Assembly: GCA_951406725.2 (NCBI GenBank)
Contig: OX597815.1
Coordinates: forward strand, 55,862,001-55,926,000
Direction of reading: 5' to 3'
DNA: 64,000 nucleotides
From: Octopus vulgaris
Lineage: Eukaryota
Part shown: positions 57,601-64,000 of the stretch, one piece after another
Numbering within the stretch: the stretch's first letter is position 1
How the letters are laid out: the number at the start of each line of letters is the position of its first letter
Program-made: the position numbers and the translations under genes
The notes under the pieces: generated by a model
Database searches by the model: none
Told to the model about the DNA's origin: nothing
The model's input: only the letters and a program-made list of their open reading frames with translations

Positions 57601-57870
57601 AGTCCTTCATCCTTTCACCCCTACTCCCCTTCCCTTCTTCCCTCTTTCTCCCTCCCTCTTCCCCTTCCCTCTGCTCCCTCACTCCCTCTCTCCCTCTTTC
57701 CTCCTTCATATCCCTCCTCCCCTTCCTTCTCCCCCATCCTCTCCTCTTCCCCCTTCTCCTCCCCCTCTTCTTCCCCTCGCCTTCTCTCCCCCTCTTCTCC
57801 CCCTCCCCCTCTTCTCCTCACTACACCACATGACTTTACACATCACATCACATATGATGTGCCATACTAA
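54640..57870 (+). CDS. PLE polyprotein, 1076 aa: reverse transcriptase + Cys linker + GIY-YIG endonuclease
   Basis: IIKPADKGGAVVVW, YFLPKIHK...GRPIVS, MDIQSLYT, GVAMGTRMGP, RYIDD, FLDI, CSRPRCRTC, IIYCISCSLCNSLYIGQT...RFAEH...H...REQ...PFGLN; uninterrupted frame. Confidence 0.95.
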   Translation: MPDPRSYLLTLHHRLKDHLRSLPVYCLQPSVNLSLLLFKKTRFSSHVSFLSRCLHHRLIPKGFRLHFHPALHSDSSILPILRTTSYRLMRATIRSNLSKLHAINRLLPPAFSTFFSSLPPLYAPNTLRFIIHLNQLFHQFLSDTKLRKLQSLFHSTLPDATTPTPPPPFSPPDRLHPPTPNPTAPPYNPFSPPVRLHPPTPNPTAPPYHPPHTSPIPPPQTSTRSTTPPTSIPPTPSPLPSVVTIPPDLPLSAAERSVLGRGLRFIPLTPSCKEFQTRVDVHSFVRRVRLGAHYHDSPPTPNEEDDCFTGLGRRPSPWTPAPGQILAVDLFAGACQRALERFNFSRRQRRLNISPAELLALRSLQRRADIIIKPADKGGAVVVWRADLYRAEAFRQLNDTSFYSPLPSNPTRSYQQTVSSTVQDLISSSRLPRTASNLIVRTPRTPTIYFLPKIHKPNNPGRPIVSACNCPTELISKYLDRVLAPLVASLPSHIHDTNHALRLFNSFSFPPGSSKILFTMDIQSLYTVIPHHEGLQALRHFLDLRSNPVPDTSTLIRLAELVLTLNCFSFAGEFYHQVSGVAMGTRMGPNYANLFVGYVEAQIFSNFTGPTPELYGRYIDDIIGATSLSREHLDSFLSFVQSFHPALHFTSTISNTSVSFLDISVSILHSTLTTSIHYKHTDSHSYLNFSSSHPEHTKLSIPYSQFLRLRRLCSDDHDFETQSQRMAHHFTLRGYPLTTIHTALARARSVDRVSALSPRTRPVVSRLPFPLTYHPTTLRLQRTILRAFRYLQSDPSTSHLFPNRPLPSFKRAHNLRDLLVHSSFPDPTSQPGSFPCSRPRCRTCPYLSNTTRLTSTHHRPYPIIHSFTCTSSNIIYCISCSLCNSLYIGQTGRRLADRFAEHLRDIHLANDTPVSRHFRSTGHSLQHLSVFGLSLHRGHPDSRLRREQELIFSLRSYTPFGLNSPPSSSNPPLPLLTYPFSPDPYFYSPSSFHPYSPSLLPSFSLPLPLPSAPSLPLSLFPPSYPSSPSFSPILSSSPFSSPSSSPRLLSPSSPPPPLLLTTPHDFTHHITYDVPY

Positions 57871-58363
57871 TACACACACCAACTAATACATACTAATACG
57901 TACTAATACATACCAGTACATACTAATACTTACACCAACCCTATACATACACACGTCCAGACCCCGCATACGCACTTATACTCTCTCTCACACACACACA
58001 CACACCTATACATACCAATACGTACTAATACATACTAATACATACTAATACATACACCAACCCCATACATACGCACGTCCAGACCAATCTTACGCACTAA
58101 TACTCTCTCATACACACACACACACACCCTTATACATACTAATACATACACCAACCCTATACATACACACATCCAGACCCCTCCCACGCACTTTTAGCTG
58201 GTCCCTCAACCCTTTTATCAACCCTATTATCTCCCCTTATTTCGCTCTCGCGTCTCATGTTTGATCTTTGACCTCTGGCCGAAATCAGATCGCCATGTTG
58301 ATTCGTTAGCTACTGCACGCATTTTTTTCTCTCCTTCTTTCTGTGTTTTTCTCTCTCTGTGTA

Positions 58364-58401
58364 TCTTTCTGTTGAAGAGCGTAGGCTCGAAACGTTAAAG
58401 A
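58364..58401 (+). ncRNA. Minimal hammerhead-like motif (CUGUUGA variant) in 3' pLTR
   Basis: Same motif as 8790-8827. Confidence 0.55.
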
Positions 58402-58499
58402 CTTGTTTTATTTATATTTCCTGAGCGCCATACTAATACAATTGTTCGTTTGTTTTCCACCTGCCTTCGTCTTTTGTTTATTTTCATAAAGCTTCCCGT

Positions 58500-58501
<2 letters not shown>

Positions 58502-58552
<51 letters not shown>

Positions 58553-58759
58553 GGCTGTATACCTCTGTGTGGATGTATGTATGTATATGGGTGTGCGTAC
58601 GGAAGTATGTGTATGTGCATGTAGATGTGTGTGTATGTATATGCATGTGTATGTATGTATATATATGTATATATATATATATGTAAATATACATGCGTGT
58701 ATATATCTGTGTGTGTATATATATGTGTATATATGTATGGGTATATATTTGTGTGCGTA

Positions 58760-58800
<41 letters not shown>

Positions 58801-58929
58801 ATGTATGTGTGTGTATATATATATGTGTGTATATGCCTGTATACCTCTGGGTGGACGTATGTATGTATATGGGTGTGCGTACGAATGTATATGTATGTGT
58901 ATGTAGATGTGTGTGTATGTATATGTATG

Positions 58930-58990
<61 letters not shown>

Positions 58991-59297
58991 GCGTGTATAT
59001 ATGTGTGTATATATGTGTATATATGTATGGGTATATATGTGTGTATATGTATGTATGTATGTGTATGAGTGTATAAGTATGGATTTGTTGGGTTTCTTTT
59101 TTTATATATGTAGATAGATGTGAGTGCGTGTATGTGCGTAGATATGCGTATGTGTATTGGTATGGGCATGTGTATATATATGTGTATGTATATGTATAGA
59201 TATATGGATATATGTGTATGTAGGTATGTATATGACTGGTGTAGGTATATATGTGTATGTATATGTAGGTATATACGTGCGTGTATGTGTATATATA

Positions 59298-59338
<41 letters not shown>

Positions 59339-59985
59339 ATACATGTGTATATATATATATATACTTGTGTATATATGTGGACTAGTCTTCTGTGTGTGTG
59401 CAGATGTATGTATGTGTATGCGTGTAGATATGAATCTGTAGGTACGTCTACGTATGCGTATATATGTGCACGTATGTATATGTATGAGTGTAGGTAGAAA
59501 TATGTAGGTATGCTTTTATGTACACGTGTATGCGTGAATGTGTGCTAATATGTACTTAAAGGCGTATGGATGTGTATATATGCGTATGTATGTTTATATG
59601 CACAAATGTCTGTATATAGGCATATGAGTCTATATATGTGGGCAGATATTCTTGTGTGTTTATGTGTACTGAAGTACATTTATATATGTGGTTTTGTGTG
59701 TACATAGCTATGTGTACGTTTATGTGAAAGTCGGTACACTTATGTATGTATGAATATAACACGTGCGTCTGTGTATGTGTATGAGTGTGCGTGTTAGTGT
59801 GTGTGCGTGTGTAAGTGTTTGTGTTCGTATCAGTGGGTAGAAAGATAGAAAGGAAGGTAGAGGGGCAATAAATGGTTTTTTAAGCCAGCTAGCCAAGCTC
59901 CCTTGGGAGAAACCTACCTCTGTGTCGGCCTCGTTGGTCGAGGTCAAATAAAAACAATATATATATATGTATGTATATATATATA

Positions 59986-60027
<42 letters not shown>

Positions 60028-60469
60028 AGTGTGTATGAATGTGTATATATATATATATATATATATGGATATGTGAGCGTGTGTGTATGGGGGTGTATAT
60101 CGTCTTTTATATTTATTTATTTTACATATATATGTGTGTAGATATTTGTGTGTATGTATGAGTATGGGTATGGGTGAGTACGTAGATGTATGTAAATGGG
60201 TGCATATGTACATGTGTATATGGATGTATGTGGGTATGTGTATGTAAACTCTATTATTCTATTTATTCTTTTATCTACTTTATCACTGATTCCTTTGACC
60301 ACTCCCCTAAGAATGATAGTTTGCGCCATGCCTACCCCAAAAAGTCCCCCCATCACCACCCCTTAAACCTGCCTAAGTTTATAAATGCCAAAACTATTCT
60401 TGTCACCTAGCTTCCTGATGATTTCTTTTGAATGAAACAGTTCTAGTCCTGTAGAAGCTCCTTCTATAA

Positions 60470-60474
<5 letters not shown>
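58502..60474 (+). mobile_element. Outer right arm: distal 3' UTR/pLTR of the Hydra-type PLE
   Basis: Inverted repeat of ~45678-47652; ends in (TA)n. Confidence 0.85.
60409..60459 (+). ncRNA. Type I hammerhead ribozyme with canonical core
   Basis: agcttc-CTGATGA-T-TTC tttt GAA-T-GAAA-CAG ttctagtc CTG-TA-gaagct. Confidence 0.82.
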
Positions 60475-60530
<56 letters not shown>

Positions 60531-60594
60531 GTACACATATACATGCATACACATTCACACACACATATATATACATACATATATATACATGTTA

Positions 60595-60705
<111 letters not shown>

Positions 60706-60719
60706 CGTGCGTGTGTGTA

Positions 60720-62050
60720 TAGTAAATAAAAAAAATCGAAGAACAAACACGAGCAAAATACAATAACTCGAGGAAGTGCTACATGCAAAGTATTAGCAGA
60801 CGCTCAGGGAGAAAAGAAAAGTGGCTTTACGTTTCGAGCAAAGCTCTTCGTCAGAAACAGGAGACGGAGGAAAGTCCAAGAGGAAAGGAAGACGGAGATA
60901 AAAATCACCAACGATTCACATGTGGTTACATTTTGACCGGAAAGGAATGAGTGAAGAAAAAGTTCTTTCTAAGACAGGAGAGTGTAAGTGAAGGAGGTAT
61001 CTGTGTATGGGGGGGGGGGGGCATGTGCGTGCGCGCAAGTCTCTATGTGAGTGTGTGTGTAATAACATGTGTGTGTATGTGTGTGTATGTGTGGTGTTTG
61101 TGTGGTTTTGGCTGTTTGTATGTGTATGCGTGAGTGAATTTTGTCTCTCGTAGGAAGAATTCAGAAGCATGGTAGCAGGTGTACTGGTCTTTTGTGTAGT
61201 TGTGTGTCTTTTCACATGTGCGTAGAGGAATTGTCAGCAGAAAGGTGTTTGACTGGCTGTTTGTGTGCCTGTATATGTACGTGTGCGTGTATGTATATGT
61301 TGTGTGTGTGAGTTTTGTGTGTGGTATGTGTGCAAGCATCTGTGTATGTGCGTGTGTGTGTGTGTGTGTGTGTGCGTGCGTGTGTATGTGTGTGTGCGTG
61401 CGTGTGTATGTGTGTGTGCGTAGGGTTGTGTGCATGAAGTTTTACGTGCGCTCTTCTGTGTGTGTGCATGCGTGTGTGAGCGTGTGTGTGTGTGTGTGTG
61501 TGTGAGTGTGTGTGTGTGTGTGTGTGTGCGTGTATGTGCGTGCCTATATGTGCGTGCGTGTAAGCCTGTGTATGTATAATCGTGTGCGTGTACGTATGAG
61601 TGTGTGTTGTGTGTATGGAAGGTATATACACGTTCATGTGCGTGTATGTATGGGTATGTGAGCGTGTGTATGTGTGTGTGTGCGTGTGCATGTGTATGTG
61701 CGTGTGTATATTATGTGTGTGTATGTGGGGTTGTGTGTGTGGTGCGTGTGTATATGTGTGTGTGTTCGTGGGGCAGTGTGTGTATATGTGCGTGTGTGTA
61801 TGTGTGTGTGCGCGCTAGTATGTGTGTGTTGTGTGTGTGCATGTATGTGTATGTTGTGTGTGTGCGTGGTATGTGTGGAAGGTATACGAGCATTCATGTG
61901 TGTGCGCGTGCGTATGTGTGCGTGTGTATGTTTATGTATGCGTGTATGTGTATGTATGCGTGTGTATGTATGCGTGTGTGTGTATGAGCATGTGTGCTCG
62001 TGTGTATGCGCGTGTGTGCGTGTGTATGTGAGTGTGTGTATACGTGTTCG
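60720..62050 (-). mobile_element. Further Neptune-related pLTR with degenerate (CA)-rich region
   Basis: Hammerhead gttt-CTGACGA-A-GAGC ttt GCTC-GAAACGT-A-aagc at 60824-60858, followed by CCTGAGCG as in the main Neptune pLTR; abuts (TG)n. Confidence 0.6.
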
Positions 62051-62136
62051 CCCTGTTTGCTTTGCCGCAAGTTCTTTGTATCCTATTCCAGTCTTTGTTT
62101 CTGCATCTAGAGCAGGTACCACCGGTATCATTACGT

Positions 62137-62138
<2 letters not shown>

Positions 62139-62178
<40 letters not shown>

Positions 62179-64000
62179 CTAGTTTCAGCTTATGAGCTGT
62201 GGCCATGCTGGGGCACCGCCATTTGGTGTTGCTACTTGGTTTCACTTCATGGAGGCTTTCTAGCAACTGCTATTTGGTGCATGAGAGAATTCGATGCAGC
62301 TGCCCTCATCTGCACCTCCTGCCGTGAAGTTGGTTCATCTGGGACACCTGACAGGAAGAGATCCAGCTTCATTTTAAAGACATCTGTATCCACCCCATGC
62401 AGGTCTCTCAGGTTCTTCGGGAGGATATTGAAGAGCTGTGGGCCTCGGAAGCCCAGGCTATCACAGAATCTTGTCCTACATCTTGATGGCAGGTTAGGAG
62501 TCCTAGGCACCACGCAGTGGCGCCCAGTTCTGGCATTTGCGTAACTCTCGATGCCAAAGTTCAGGACACTTCCCTCCAGGATCTTCCAGATGTATATTAT
62601 GGCATATCTTTCCCGCCTACGCTCCAGGGAATATAATTTTAATCTCTTGAGTCTTTCCCAGTAGCTTACATTCTGCATAGAGGCTATCTTCTTTGTGTAG
62701 CTTCGTTGGATCACCTCAAGTTCTGTGATCAACTTGACACTGGATGGTGACCATAGCTGAGAGCAATAGTCAAAGTGGCTTAGGACAAGTGTCTTCCAGA
62801 GGACCATCATGGTTTCTTGTTCTCTTGTTCTAAAGGTTCTAAGAATCCATCCAGCCAGCCGTCTACATTTCATTGTCAGTTTAGCAACATGTACATGAAA
62901 GGTCGCGTCATCACTCATGTGAATACCCAGGTCACGCACTGATTGTGCCTCTGGGATTGCAATCCCTCCGGGTCCAGTGTATTCATTGGGTATTGCATTC
63001 AGTTTTGCATGCTGATAGTATAAAGCTTGAAACTTTCCAGCATTGAACTGCATGCTATTCTTTTCAGCCCACTTGTATATTTCGTCCAGCTCACATTGCA
63101 GGTGTTTAGTGTCCTCAGGGTTCTGTATTGCCTGTGAAACTTTTGTATCATCTGCATAACTTGTGATCGTGGCTCTCTGCGTGGCTGAGGGCATGTCTGA
63201 GAGGGCCATTATGAACAGTAGTGGTCCCAGAACAGTGCCCTGCGGAATACCGCTCACTATTTGTGTGTTAATGGAGGTGGCCCCATTGGCTACTACCACC
63301 TGACTTCTATCCTTCAGAAAGTCATGAAGCCATTCTCCCAGTTTTCCAACTATGTTGAGATCACGCAGTTTGTGACATATCATTCCATGATCGACTTTAT
63401 CAAAGGCCTTTGCAAAGTCGAGATATATCACTTCCACATTTGAGTGGCTGAGCAGCCGTTTCAGCACCCAGTCATAGTGTTGTAGGAGCTGAGTTAAACA
63501 GCTTCTCCCTGGTCGGAAACCATGTTGGGTGTCGGGCAGCAAGTCATTCTCTTCAAGGAAGGTGATCAGCTTCCTTCTGACTATTCGTTCCATGACCTTG
63601 CTGATGTGTGAGGTCAGAGAGATAGGTCTATAGTTCTTGGCTTCCGCTCTGCTACCTCCTTTATGAATGGGGCATATTTTACCTTCCTTCAGTTTTCCTG
63701 GAAGTTTGCCAGCTGCAAGGAAGCTCTGAAAGAGGAACTGCAGTGGTCTTGCTAGGACTCTCTTACATGCTTTTAGGAGGATTGCCGGGAATCCATCGGG
63801 GCCAGTAGCTGAGTCTGTTTTCATTTCATCTATAGCCTTGGTTACATCGTCTTCCTTTATATCGATGTAATCTATCGTCGCCGCCTCTGATTTTATATCT
63901 GCAGTGGTAAAAAAGTCAGTTGGATTGGTGATTTGGAGATGCCCAAGGGGTGGAGTGAAAACACTATTGAATTGCTCATTCAGTATTTCACTTACCCTCA
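62139..64000 (-). mobile_element. CR1/L2-group LINE 3' portion (RT ORF2), running off the window edge
   Basis: ORF 62247-63824 with GPDG, NYRPISLTS, QHGFRPGRSC, YLDFAKAFDKV, GIPQGTVLGP, YADD, SLERRR; apparent frameshift ~63945; (AATC)n tail 62139-62177. Confidence 0.92.

Larger units (their letters stand above)
52673..58500 (+). mobile_element. Full-length Neptune-type Penelope-like retroelement with partial-tandem structure
   Basis: 52673-54021 is a near-identical direct repeat of 57151-58500; 5' UTR 54022-54639; 3' end CCCGTT|ATATAT joins (TA)n. Confidence 0.95.

Noticed and set aside
55108-57821. Antisense ORFs overlapping the Neptune ORF
   Set aside because: Short shadow frames caused by compositional bias; no motifs

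Overview
AT-rich, microsatellite-saturated animal genomic DNA, most likely octopus/cephalopod (inferred from the SINE, Penelope and microsatellite content). I found no convincing host gene or exon; the window is almost entirely nested transposons. (1) A full-length, apparently intact Neptune-type Penelope-like retroelement (PLE; RT plus C-terminal GIY-YIG, 52.7-58.5 kb), with a decayed sister copy, a solo pseudo-LTR and a rearranged relative. (2) A ~15 kb divergent palindrome (45.6-60.5 kb) formed by a Hydra-type PLE whose internal (TA)n array was re-invaded by a different PLE in each arm. (3) About 13 hammerhead-ribozyme motifs of about 6 types in PLE pseudo-LTRs. (4) A head-to-tail Helitron array with a different cargo in each unit, one being a PIF1-type helicase. 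(5) An ORF1-only non-LTR element with a 15-bp TSD. (6) A CR1/L2-group LINE that shares a co-varying 3' stem-loop with the dominant SINE. (7) Mariner, hAT, Chapaev3-like, RTE and RLE-type fossils. Family and clade names come from remembered motifs, not database searches.
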